Shown in pieces: positions 17,665-26,951 of a DNA stretch of 64,000 bases. Both the position numbers and the translations under genes were made by a program. The notes under the pieces were generated by a model. The model saw only the letters and a program-made list of their open reading frames with translations, ran no database searches and was not told where the DNA came from. Where the stretch lies: IMG/VR virus record IMGVR_UViG_3300023180_000036, positions 1 to 64,000 of that record; one strand, written 5' to 3'. The DNA comes from a virus. The first letter of the stretch is position 1. Each line of letters starts with the position of its first letter.

Positions 17665-18137
17665 TTTTCTGTTTAGGACTTCTTATAGCGTGTGAACCTA
17701 TAGAATATTCCTCTAAAGATATTACTAAACCTGCTGAACAGTATTTGGGTTTAGATGAAAATAGAAATAGAAAACAATTAAAAGAATTAGTAGGTATAGA
17801 TCCGGCTCGTATTGAATGGTGTGCAGCATTTGTAAATGCAATTCTTGATATGCAAGATATACCTGGATCTGAATCAGTGAGTGATTATCCTTTAATGGCT
17901 CGTAGTTTTTTAACTTGGGGTGAAAAAGTTCACCAAGATGATATACAGAAGGGTGATATAGTAATATTTCCTAGGGGGGATAAAAATTGGGAAGGTCATG
18001 TCGGTTTTTTTATAAGAAAAACGTTTGATAATAATAAGGAAAAATGGATAATACTAGGTGGAAATCAAGATAACACTGTAAGCTATGCTGAATATATTCC
18101 TAAAAAAGCAATAGCTATAAGAAGAAAAATAAATTAA
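17640..18137 (+). CDS. NlpC/P60-CHAP-like cell-wall peptidase (TIGR02594-like), possible lipoprotein
   Basis: WCAAFVN, GHVGF and LGGNQ; LLIAC lipobox-like signal. Confidence 0.8.
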   Translation: MFRKNATIVFCLGLLIACEPIEYSSKDITKPAEQYLGLDENRNRKQLKELVGIDPARIEWCAAFVNAILDMQDIPGSESVSDYPLMARSFLTWGEKVHQDDIQKGDIVIFPRGDKNWEGHVGFFIRKTFDNNKEKWIILGGNQDNTVSYAEYIPKKAIAIRRKIN

Positions 18138-18140
18138 GTG

Positions 18141-18169
18141 TTTACTTTTCCTAAAAAATATATTAGAAT
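18141..18169 (+). promoter_or_regulatory. Early promoter
   Basis: GTTTACT-17 nt-TAGAAT. Confidence 0.65.
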
Positions 18170-18192
18170 AAAAGAATCTAATGGAGAAGAAA

Positions 18193-18690
18193 ATGAAAAA
18201 AACTTTAACTGCAATAATCTTAGCTATGATTTCATCGGCGGCTATAGCCGATATTAGAGCTGCAGAAGTTTGGTATGTTGAAAATGTAAATGTTCAACAA
18301 CAAACTCAAGAACCAAGTCAACAATGTTCTTTACAGCAAGTTCCAGTATATGGTACGATACATAATCAACATGCATCAGGAATTAATAATAACGTTCTTG
18401 CTGGAGCTATTATCGGTGGATTAATTGGCGGAACCTCTAAAGGTAGTGATTCTGGGATACTTCCTGGTATGATCGTAGGCGGGCTTCTTGGTAGCACAAC
18501 ACCAGGAGCACAAAGACAAAAGATTATAGGTTATAAAACCCAAGAAGTTTGTAATACTGTATATCATCCTATAAATCAGCAAGTCAAGTCTCAAATAGTT
18601 CATTGGAAATATGGAAGTAAACGTGGTTACTTTTATAGTAATCAGAAACACTTTGTAGGTCAGACCGTAATGGTTGATGTGGATATGTAA
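18193..18690 (+). CDS. Secreted glycine-zipper (YcfJ-like) protein
   Basis: Signal peptide MKKTLTAIIL...AIA; GAIIGGLIGG and GMIVGGLLG zipper. Confidence 0.75.
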   Translation: MKKTLTAIILAMISSAAIADIRAAEVWYVENVNVQQQTQEPSQQCSLQQVPVYGTIHNQHASGINNNVLAGAIIGGLIGGTSKGSDSGILPGMIVGGLLGSTTPGAQRQKIIGYKTQEVCNTVYHPINQQVKSQIVHWKYGSKRGYFYSNQKHFVGQTVMVDVDM

Positions 18691-18704
18691 TAAAGGTTTA
18701 TATC

Positions 18705-18878
18705 ATGAGAAACGTGAATACACAGAATACTTTTTCTGTTGATAATGATGGTCACATTCGTCTTAAAACAAGCTCGACACCCAAAGATATGGGCATCCAA
18801 AACGGAGATACATTTGCAGTTTTAATAATTGAAGGCGAAGCCGTTTTAGTGAGAATGGAATTAGAATTGAAAGAGTAA
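18705..18878 (+). CDS. 57-aa AbrB/MazE-like hypothetical protein
   Basis: VDNDGHIRL...MGIQNGDTF pattern. Confidence 0.45.
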   Translation: MRNVNTQNTFSVDNDGHIRLKTSSTPKDMGIQNGDTFAVLIIEGEAVLVRMELELKE

Positions 18879-19123
18879 TGAAAGAATCTAATTTAAAATC
18901 TCGTAAATTAATTTTTCTAAAAGATATAATTGAAACCAAAGTTCGTAAAGAACAAGAGTTGGCTTATTATCAGAAAAAACTTGAAGAATTAAAAGAAAAA
19001 ATGAACTATCTTCGTCATGATATTGACTTGACTAATACTATCATTAATATTATTGAAGAAGAAAAAATTATTGATTTTAAAGAGCAAATGGAAGAAAGAT
19101 TGCTTCTAAAGGATGATAAATAA
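18878..19123 (+). CDS. Coiled-coil hypothetical protein
   Basis: Translationally coupled ORF. Confidence 0.6.
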   Translation: MKESNLKSRKLIFLKDIIETKVRKEQELAYYQKKLEELKEKMNYLRHDIDLTNTIINIIEEEKIIDFKEQMEERLLLKDDK

Positions 19124-19316
19124 AGTGACGTGTAATAATCACCATTTATTTTTTGAACCATTAAAAAATGGTCACTTTAAAGCAGTTGATACATGGTGTG
19201 GGTATAAGATAAATCAAAAAATTTGGTATTGTTCAGATAAATGTAAAGATAAAGGCATTGAAGGATCACCTAAAGGATATATATCATCTGATGACGAACC
19301 TATAATGAACGATTAA
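19113..19316 (+). CDS. Small Cys/His-rich hypothetical protein
   Basis: YCSDKC motif; overlapping gene run. Confidence 0.5.
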   Translation: MINKVTCNNHHLFFEPLKNGHFKAVDTWCGYKINQKIWYCSDKCKDKGIEGSPKGYISSDDEPIMND

Positions 19317-19326
19317 AGGAAATTAT

Positions 19327-19629
19327 ATGAGTAAACTTCCATATGCATTTAAAAGAGATTTACAAAATTTAATTCAAGCTCACAGATTGGATAATATCTG
19401 TGGAAAACCAACTTACTTATTAGCGGATTATATAATGAAACAAATCGAAGCTTTTCAAAGTCAACATATTGAACCTAGAAATTGGTGGAATGATATAAAT
19501 AGTAATGTACCATCCCCTGTTTTTGAAAAAGGTTATCCTTCATATGAAGCGGTAAATAAAGATCAGCCGGTTCAAGAAAGATATCATGAATATATGGGAA
19601 GAATGTTAAAGGAAAATGCAGATGAGTGA
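19327..19629 (+). CDS. Hypothetical protein
   Basis: AAGGA RBS and ORF. Confidence 0.6.
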   Translation: MSKLPYAFKRDLQNLIQAHRLDNICGKPTYLLADYIMKQIEAFQSQHIEPRNWWNDINSNVPSPVFEKGYPSYEAVNKDQPVQERYHEYMGRMLKENADE

Positions 19630-19882
19630 TATTTTTGATTTTGGTTTTACAGCAGTAGATGAATCTGAACTAGAAGCTGTACAAGCTCTTGGTGCAACTG
19701 CTAAAGATGTAGAGGAAAAAGCTTCTACTACGCAAGACAAACTTGATAAGTTGTATAACGCTATTATCCCGCTTTTAAATAATCTTAAAGCAAATCCAGA
19801 AAAAGAATATATTCTCTGGCCGAATCGGTTATCAAAAGTAGAAGCCTTTGAAACACATTTAACAGATATATACAATTCATAA
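19616..19882 (+). CDS. Hypothetical protein
   Basis: ORF overlapping the previous gene. Confidence 0.65.
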   Translation: MQMSDIFDFGFTAVDESELEAVQALGATAKDVEEKASTTQDKLDKLYNAIIPLLNNLKANPEKEYILWPNRLSKVEAFETHLTDIYNS

Positions 19883-19918
19883 AATTATAAGTTATTTATT
19901 TTATTAGATTCTTTTTTG

Positions 19919-19947
19919 TTTACATTTCATACAAAATGTAGTATGTT
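19919..19947 (+). promoter_or_regulatory. Early promoter
   Basis: GTTTACA-17 nt-TATGTT. Confidence 0.65.
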
Positions 19948-19960
19948 ATAAGTGTAGGCA

Positions 19961-20617
19961 ATGAAAGGATCTATAATGCAGATTATTAACTCACATCAGA
20001 AAGCGCTTTACAATCATCTAAAACAAAAAGGATGGAATCATGAAGTTATAAGCGCTTATCTTAAATATGAGAGAAATAAAAAATCCATTATTCATACTAA
20101 AAGAATTACTCTTGGTACAGATTCTCAAAAAACAAAAACATATAAAGCCGAATGGGCTTTTGAAGCAAAGTGTAAGAACGATATTATAGACTTTGATGAT
20201 TTAAAAGAAGCCGAAAAATTTATGAAACGAGTCATAAATTCAAAAACTTGGCTTCAACTTTGCGGCGGATTGGGACGTAGAATACCAATATTAGAAACAA
20301 ACGGGTTTCGTGGTAAAACAGCAGGACGTGCCTTTGTAAATAAGATACAGCTTTGTCCTAAAAATGGAATGAATTCATATACCTTATTACACGAACTTGC
20401 ACATGTGGCTGGGTATATGCATCACGATGTAGGATTTCGCATTTGCCTTCTTAAATTAGTGTCTCGTTTTATAGGTAGAAAGCCTGCTGATGAATTAAAG
20501 AAACAATTCAAAGCTCTGAAACTAAAAGTTACTATTAGTAATCATATTAAATCTCCTGAACAGTGGCTCAAAACATATGAAAGATTAGAAAATGCAAGGG
20601 CTGCTCGAGCAGCCTAA
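19961..20617 (+). CDS. Basic protein with a zincin-like HExxH motif
   Basis: LLHELAH...HDVGF. Confidence 0.6.
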   Translation: MKGSIMQIINSHQKALYNHLKQKGWNHEVISAYLKYERNKKSIIHTKRITLGTDSQKTKTYKAEWAFEAKCKNDIIDFDDLKEAEKFMKRVINSKTWLQLCGGLGRRIPILETNGFRGKTAGRAFVNKIQLCPKNGMNSYTLLHELAHVAGYMHHDVGFRICLLKLVSRFIGRKPADELKKQFKALKLKVTISNHIKSPEQWLKTYERLENARAARAA

Positions 20618-20665
20618 TACTTTTGTATATGGAAAGATAATGAGTATAGGTATACATTTTAGGGG

Positions 20666-20694
20666 TTTACAAACCATTAAAAATGTGATATGTT
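20666..20694 (+). promoter_or_regulatory. Early promoter
   Basis: ATTTTAGGGGTTTACA-17 nt-TATGTT. Confidence 0.7.
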
Positions 20695-20719
20695 CAAAAT
20701 ATAAAGAAAGGAATAAAGT

Positions 20720-21307
20720 ATGATTAACAATATGAATAAGATAATCTTAACAGATTGCGATGGAGTTCTCATGAACTGGGAATTTGCTTTTAATCTTTGG
20801 ATGAAACATAAAGGTTATTCAGTCGCTCCAGGTAAAGAAAATGCTTATGATATGGGCGAGCGTTATGATTTAGATAATCAAACTAAAAAATTAGTTGTTC
20901 AAACTTTTAATGAATCCGCAGCTATTGGTTTTCTACCTCCCCTACGTGATGCAATGTATTATGTAGATTTACTTCATCGTAAACATGGATTTACTTTTCA
21001 TATGATTACATCATTATCTCTTGATCCATCAGCTCAAGCTCTTCGGATTGAAAATACTAAAAAACTATTTGGTGAAACAGCATTTAGTAGTTTTTCTTTT
21101 GCAGATACTGGTGCTGATAAAGATGATGTTTTGGAACCATATAGAGATACTGGATATATTTGGCTTGAAGATAAAACAGAAAATGCCGAACTTGGAGATC
21201 GGCTCGGATTAGAAAGCATTCTTATTGAACATGGTCATAATATGAATAATAAACAATTCCCTTTAATGAAAAACTGGAGAGATTTATATGAATATGTCAC
21301 TGTCTGA
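20720..21307 (+). CDS. HAD-family hydrolase (T4 gp30.2/nucleotidase-like)
   Basis: ILTDCDGVL motif I and WLEDK motif IV. Confidence 0.8.
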   Translation: MINNMNKIILTDCDGVLMNWEFAFNLWMKHKGYSVAPGKENAYDMGERYDLDNQTKKLVVQTFNESAAIGFLPPLRDAMYYVDLLHRKHGFTFHMITSLSLDPSAQALRIENTKKLFGETAFSSFSFADTGADKDDVLEPYRDTGYIWLEDKTENAELGDRLGLESILIEHGHNMNNKQFPLMKNWRDLYEYVTV

Positions 21308-21500
21308 ACTATTAGTTTTAAGATCCGAGTATGAAGACTTGGCAAGAAATTTTGATGTTGCTGAGGATAAGCGTCATGGAGTTATAAATAGCTTAGAGTG
21401 GTTTAAACGATATGGTAATCGCAAAAACAGATTTAGAAATGGCTATGATAGAGCAATAGAAATATGTAATGTCATGCTGAAAGAAATTAAAAGGGAATAG
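21288..21500 (+). CDS. Hypothetical protein
   Basis: ORF in a co-oriented run. Confidence 0.55.
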   Translation: MNMSLSELLVLRSEYEDLARNFDVAEDKRHGVINSLEWFKRYGNRKNRFRNGYDRAIEICNVMLKEIKRE

Positions 21501-21502
21501 GA

Positions 21503-22183
21503 ATGCCATCAAAGTCAGTCCTTATAGCACGAGCTTTTAGTAAAACAGGGGTCTTATCTACAGTTATAGATTCGGCTCCTTCCTTGTCATATGGAGATAA
21601 TAATGTTTTATCTTTAATAGATTCTTCATATGTTTCAAGTAGGGCCCCGGCGGGTTATACTGATGGTGACGTCTTGTTGTTAATAGATTCGGCTTATGTT
21701 ACGGCTCGAGCTCCAGCCGGTGGTGGAAGTTCTATAACTACGTACGCTAATCTTGCTGCCTTTCCTTCAACTGGAAATACACTTTCAGATCAAGGATATG
21801 ATGAAGAAACGGATACTTTATACATATGGAACGGGACTCAGTGGCTGGATATAAATAGACAAACAGTGTTTTCTTATTACTTAGTAAATGCTGGAAATTT
21901 CACTGGACCAAAAGAAGGCACTCAAACGATAACACCTAACAACAATATTACGCTCGTTAATCTTGCGGCTTCAATAGATGCCGAGGTTGGATCCGCTGTG
22001 ATATTTGATGTTGAAAAAAATGATTCTGCGGTTCAAACATTTACAATACCTTCAGGTCAAACTGAAATAAACGCAAACTTTAATTCAAACATAACCTTTA
22101 CAAACACCGATAATATATCAGTTGATATAACTTCCGGAAGCGCAAAGGATCTGGTCGTAAAAATAAACTATAAGGAAACATAA
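21503..22183 (+). CDS. Putative virion structural protein
   Basis: Repeated LIDS(S/A)YV..RAPAG; LYIWNGTQW fibre motif. Confidence 0.6.
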   Translation: MPSKSVLIARAFSKTGVLSTVIDSAPSLSYGDNNVLSLIDSSYVSSRAPAGYTDGDVLLLIDSAYVTARAPAGGGSSITTYANLAAFPSTGNTLSDQGYDEETDTLYIWNGTQWLDINRQTVFSYYLVNAGNFTGPKEGTQTITPNNNITLVNLAASIDAEVGSAVIFDVEKNDSAVQTFTIPSGQTEINANFNSNITFTNTDNISVDITSGSAKDLVVKINYKET

Positions 22184-22185
22184 AA

Positions 22186-23556
22186 ATGGCAGTTACAGTT
22201 ACAGATAACTCACTTAGTACAAACGCTAGGTATGTAGTTTATTCTGGAAGTACGGTAGCAGACGATGCTCAGACAATTCTACTTGGTATCAAAGATGCAC
22301 TTGTTAATCTAGGATGGACTAAATGGGATAATGCTGGAGCAAATGCAGTGCTGGGTACAGCTGCTGATGCAAAAATCATTATGAGAAAAGAAACTTACGA
22401 TAACGCGAGTTCTGGCCACTATAAGTACATGATACTTAGGTTGAGTTCAACGGGATCGGCTCATACTCTTAAGATAGCATATGCTGCTGATCACTCAAAT
22501 AATGCGTCTTATAACAGTTGGGTAAACATAGCATATAACAGAACATCGTTTAATGACAATGAAGGCAAAGCTATTACTTTATCATTTTTATCAGGAGGAT
22601 CCATTTGGATATTTGTCGAAGATCATTCTATTGTTTTTAAGTTTACGGGAACTGGATTCACTGAAGCCACTCAGGGTTCATGTTTATATTTTGGAGAGTA
22701 TGAGAAAATATTTGGAGAAGCCTGTGATGCTTCTACTGGTTACATACACAATGGCGTTGCTATAGACGGAAATGATTTTGTGACTCGTACTGGAACATTT
22801 GGCTATTATAATGGTATATGGGCAAATGGGTCTTACGGTGGATCAGCCTCTGGCTATGTTGGATATGTAAATCCAAAACTAGCCGGTACCGGTGGAGGTT
22901 TTGGGTCTCAGTTTGCTTTAACAGAATATCCACAAGCAGCTGGTTCTACATATACTATTTTGCGCGCCGGTCAGGCGAATTGGAATGCTCCATTAGCTTC
23001 GACTTCAGCCACTGATGCTGATGGTATACTTGATTATACCCGAGCACATCTGGGATGGTTAGGATGGATAGGACATGTGGCCCCGGCGCACATATCTAAC
23101 TTAGCAACGGTAATTGATGGTTCCCAATCCCAAAGCGTTCCTCAAACGGATATGTTTACTTCTGGATATTGGAGATACACTACTACTCCAGTGGAAGAGA
23201 TAGCACAATTTTTGCCCAATCCTTCTAGCCCGTCATCAATAGCTCTATATGAACCTGTGATTTCTTCTGGAACTGTTAATTATAATCATCTTACCTCTTC
23301 CAGCGCTCATTCATATGATAGCTACAGTTCTAGTTCACAAAGAAGAGGATTTGCTATACATGGAAAGCTTTTAGGTTTTAGAATGTCTGCAGGTCAACCG
23401 CCTACTGAATCAGGGGGCTATCAGTTTTTAGATACCGGAACTATACCTTTAGACGCCGATGGTTACTATAGTGCTTCTGGTACACCTACTTCATGTTGGG
23501 CAATTCCAATATTTAACGGTACTAGAGCAAGCGCGTGCATATGGGTTAAGAAATGA
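22186..23556 (+). CDS. Putative virion/tail-associated protein
   Basis: G/S/T/Y-rich composition; position before neck genes. Confidence 0.5.
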   Translation: MAVTVTDNSLSTNARYVVYSGSTVADDAQTILLGIKDALVNLGWTKWDNAGANAVLGTAADAKIIMRKETYDNASSGHYKYMILRLSSTGSAHTLKIAYAADHSNNASYNSWVNIAYNRTSFNDNEGKAITLSFLSGGSIWIFVEDHSIVFKFTGTGFTEATQGSCLYFGEYEKIFGEACDASTGYIHNGVAIDGNDFVTRTGTFGYYNGIWANGSYGGSASGYVGYVNPKLAGTGGGFGSQFALTEYPQAAGSTYTILRAGQANWNAPLASTSATDADGILDYTRAHLGWLGWIGHVAPAHISNLATVIDGSQSQSVPQTDMFTSGYWRYTTTPVEEIAQFLPNPSSPSSIALYEPVISSGTVNYNHLTSSSAHSYDSYSSSSQRRGFAIHGKLLGFRMSAGQPPTESGGYQFLDTGTIPLDADGYYSASGTPTSCWAIPIFNGTRASACIWVKK

Positions 23557-23996
23557 CTTTAGCAAATAATCCAACACCTGATTCAATAGGTACTGGGGAT
23601 TTTTATTTTGATTCAGCTGGAGATATTGTTGAAGCTAATACCGATTTAGTTTCGGCTATATCTCTTTCTTCTACATCATCCACAGGATCTTTAGAATTTT
23701 CAAACATATCTTCATCCAATCCAAAAACTGGATTTAACAATACGGAAATATTAGAAGCACAATCTATAACATCAACCTCGTCTACAGGAGTTTTAGAATA
23801 CGCAAACATATCTTCATCCAATCCAAAAACTGGATTTAACAACACAGATATATTTGAAATTCAATCTGTATCATCTCATACGCCTACTGCTATTATTACA
23901 CAAGCAGAAATAAAAGCAAATAATCCAATTACTGGATTCGGCACTTCTGGTGTGGATCCAAAAATAATTAAATACGAAATGACAATAAGGATATAA
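23553..23996 (+). CDS. Repeat-containing putative structural protein
   Basis: 34-aa repeat with NISSSNPKTGFNNT. Confidence 0.55.
   Translation: MTLANNPTPDSIGTGDFYFDSAGDIVEANTDLVSAISLSSTSSTGSLEFSNISSSNPKTGFNNTEILEAQSITSTSSTGVLEYANISSSNPKTGFNNTDIFEIQSVSSHTPTAIITQAEIKANNPITGFGTSGVDPKIIKYEMTIRI
23701..23842 (+). repeat. Direct repeat with 102-bp period
   Basis: CAAACATATCTTCATCCAATCCAAAAACTGGATTTAACAA at 23701 and 23803. Confidence 0.9.
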
Positions 23997-24001
23997 AACA
24001 A

Positions 24002-24298
24002 ATGTCTGAAGAATTACTTGCTACTTTAAAAGTACAAATGAAACACCTCATAGATGAAGCTTGTGATATCTATATGTTTAACATTTCAACAGATACACAC
24101 AGCAGAATTAGAATGAAAGCCGCTCAAGATTTTAATAGTAGAATTTGGCTTTTACATTTCGATGAATCAAATGCTTGGATTGCTTCAACAGGAGCTCCCG
24201 CAAATAATGCTGATCATTATACGCAGGTCGCTTTGTGGGAGAATCTTCCAGTTGAAAAAATGGTTCCTCCTGTTGAAATAAGCGAAGACTCTGCATAA
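24002..24298 (+). CDS. Hypothetical protein
   Basis: ORF with RBS. Confidence 0.55.
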   Translation: MSEELLATLKVQMKHLIDEACDIYMFNISTDTHSRIRMKAAQDFNSRIWLLHFDESNAWIASTGAPANNADHYTQVALWENLPVEKMVPPVEISEDSA

Positions 24299-24324
24299 AT
24301 AACCAAAGCTTAATTATTTTTTTA

Positions 24325-24332
24325 TATAAATA
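24325..24332 (+). promoter_or_regulatory. T4 late promoter
   Basis: TATAAATA upstream of gp13. Confidence 0.8.
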
Positions 24333-24363
24333 GTAGCAAATACTATTTAATAGGAAAGTTATA

Positions 24364-25119
24364 ATGGCTGCAGTTACATCAAGAGATGAATTATCCGAAT
24401 ATTGTTTAAGAAGGCTTGGCGCTCCAGTTATAGAGATAAACGTTGATCCAGATCAAGTTGAAGATAGAATAGATGAAGCCCTTGAATTTTTTCAAGAGTT
24501 TCATTCTGATGCTACACTGCGTACTTATTTCAAACATCTTATAACAGAAACAGATGTAGAAAACGAGTACATTACAATGCCTAATAATATAGACATTGTT
24601 TCTAAACTTTTTCCCGTTTCAAGTTCTAGTAATAACAGCATTGATATGTTCAGTGTTAAGTATCAAATGATGCTTAATGATATTACTGATCTTCAAAACT
24701 TTGCTGGTGATCTTGCGTATTATACTCAACTACAGCAATATTTAACTTTGATTGATATGAAGTTAAATGGTTTGCCTCAAGTACAATTTTCCAGACATCA
24801 GAACAGACTTTATATTTTTGGAGATTTTAATGATAAAGATATAAAAGCTGGAGACTATATTGTGGCTGAAGTATATCAGATAATTGATCCAGATACACAT
24901 ACCAATGTTTACAATGATAAGTTTATCAAAGCGTATAGTACCGCACTTATCAAGAGACAATGGGGTGCTAATCTTTTAAAGTTTGAAGGAATGCAACTAC
25001 CCGGTGGTGTGATGTTAAACGGGCGGCAGATTTATGAAGATGCAATGCAAGACATTGAAAAACTTGAAGAGAATATACGCCTAGAGCATGAAATGCCAGC
25101 AGACTTTTTTGTAGGATAA
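24364..25119 (+). CDS. gp13: Neck protein gp13
   Basis: CLRRLGAPVIEINV and QLPGGVMLNG. Confidence 0.92.
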   Translation: MAAVTSRDELSEYCLRRLGAPVIEINVDPDQVEDRIDEALEFFQEFHSDATLRTYFKHLITETDVENEYITMPNNIDIVSKLFPVSSSSNNSIDMFSVKYQMMLNDITDLQNFAGDLAYYTQLQQYLTLIDMKLNGLPQVQFSRHQNRLYIFGDFNDKDIKAGDYIVAEVYQIIDPDTHTNVYNDKFIKAYSTALIKRQWGANLLKFEGMQLPGGVMLNGRQIYEDAMQDIEKLEENIRLEHEMPADFFVG

Positions 25120-25122
25120 TAG

Positions 25123-26085
25123 ATGGCTCTTAATCATTATTTTAATCAGAAAGCCAAAAATGAACAAAATCTCTATGAAGATATAATCATAGAGAGTCTA
25201 AAAATATACGGTCAAGATGTATATTATTTGCCTCGTGAGATAGTAAACGAAAATGATATATTTGGTGAAGATGTCCCATCTAAATTTTCTTCAGCTTATA
25301 AAATAGAAATGTATATAGAAAATACAGAAGGATTTGACGGAGAAGGTGATCTATTTACCAAATTTGGTGTTGAAATAAGAGATGCTGCTACATTTATAGT
25401 TTCCAGAAAGAGATGGACTAATGTAGTTGGCCAAATGAACAATAAAATAGAAAGTATTAGACCTAGAGAAGGTGATCTAATTTATCTTACTCTTACAAAT
25501 AAACTATTTGAAATTATGCATGTTGAACACGAACAGCCTTTTTACCAACTAAGCAATCTTCCTACATTTAAATTAAGATGCGAGCTATTTACATACAGTG
25601 ATGAAAGACTTGATACAAACGTTGATGTAATTGATAATATAGAAAAATTAGGCTATAATCTTAAACTGCTTATGAATCAAGGTGTTGATAGTATTAATTC
25701 TCGTTACTCATATGACTTTATGGAAGGTGAATTTGTTCAACAAACTCTATCAAATGGTAAAGTTCTCACAGCTGAAGTTCTTGAATATAATCAACAATTA
25801 AATTATGTTGTAGTTTCTCATATAAGCACAAGTGATGGTAGCTACGGAATGTTTGTTCCTGGAACTATAACTAATACAAGAGAAAGAAATATATCAGGTG
25901 CTCTTGCATTTGTTGGTGATTCTTCAATACAAGTTGAAAGAACACTTATTAGTATAAATGAAAATATTTACGGTGATAGTAGTTTTGCACAAAATGATGT
26001 ATTTGATACAACCGAAAATTCATTTGCATTAGATTTCCTAGACTTTTCTGAAACTAACCCATTTGGTGATCCAGAGGATTTATAA
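25123..26085 (+). CDS. gp14: Neck protein gp14
   Basis: GQDVYYLPR, RPREGDLIY and DFSETNPFG. Confidence 0.92.
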   Translation: MALNHYFNQKAKNEQNLYEDIIIESLKIYGQDVYYLPREIVNENDIFGEDVPSKFSSAYKIEMYIENTEGFDGEGDLFTKFGVEIRDAATFIVSRKRWTNVVGQMNNKIESIRPREGDLIYLTLTNKLFEIMHVEHEQPFYQLSNLPTFKLRCELFTYSDERLDTNVDVIDNIEKLGYNLKLLMNQGVDSINSRYSYDFMEGEFVQQTLSNGKVLTAEVLEYNQQLNYVVVSHISTSDGSYGMFVPGTITNTRERNISGALAFVGDSSIQVERTLISINENIYGDSSFAQNDVFDTTENSFALDFLDFSETNPFGDPEDL

Positions 26086-26936
26086 TGTTTACATATTTTT
26101 ACCATCAGAGAATAAGAAAGTCAGTAGCTTTATTTGGAACCCTTTTTAATAACATTTATGTTATTCGTAAAGATAAAACTGGAAAATCAATTAGTCAAAT
26201 TAAAGTGCCTTTAGCATATGCACCAAGAGAAAAATATTTAGAAAGAATTAGAACAAATCCAGATTTAAGAAATAATTCTCAGATTGCTCTTAAACTTCCT
26301 AGAATGTCATTTGAAATTACAAGTATTGGATATGACCCAGAAAGAAAACTTCCTAAATTAAATAATTATCATAGAGGTATTACTAATACAACAAGGGATA
26401 AGTTTTTTTCTCCAAGTCCATATCAGATTACTTTTCAATTAAATATTTTTTCTAAAAATCAAGACGATGCCTTACAAATAGTTGAGCAGATTCTTCCTTA
26501 CTTTAATCCTCAATATACTATTAGTATTAAACCTTTTAATGATGCTCATTCTGATATAGTTGAAGATGTTCCTGTTACAATACAGGGTGTAAATTTTAGT
26601 GATGATTTTGAAGGAACGCTTGAAAATAGAAGAACAATTATTTATACATTAGATTTTGGAATGTCTGTTAACTTTTACGGTCCAATTGATCCTCAATCAA
26701 TTGTTCGTCGTGTGGATACTACCATACATCAAGCTGTAGATTTCAGTGTTACCGATGATCCAAAATTAGAAAGAATTATTACCACACCGAATCCTATTGA
26801 AGTTAATCCAGATAGTGATTATGGATTTGACACAACATTAGACGTATATGATAATGAACCAGAAGTTATATTATCATCACTATATGTCGAAGATGATTAT
26901 GTATTATCAGGTTATGTAGACTCTTCGGGTGCATAA
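26085..26936 (+). CDS. gp15: Tail sheath stabilizer gp15
   Basis: FGTLFNNI, KVPLAYAP, LPRMSFE and EQILPYF. Confidence 0.92.
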   Translation: MFTYFYHQRIRKSVALFGTLFNNIYVIRKDKTGKSISQIKVPLAYAPREKYLERIRTNPDLRNNSQIALKLPRMSFEITSIGYDPERKLPKLNNYHRGITNTTRDKFFSPSPYQITFQLNIFSKNQDDALQIVEQILPYFNPQYTISIKPFNDAHSDIVEDVPVTIQGVNFSDDFEGTLENRRTIIYTLDFGMSVNFYGPIDPQSIVRRVDTTIHQAVDFSVTDDPKLERIITTPNPIEVNPDSDYGFDTTLDVYDNEPEVILSSLYVEDDYVLSGYVDSSGA

Positions 26937-26951
26937 AAACAGGAGATAGAA

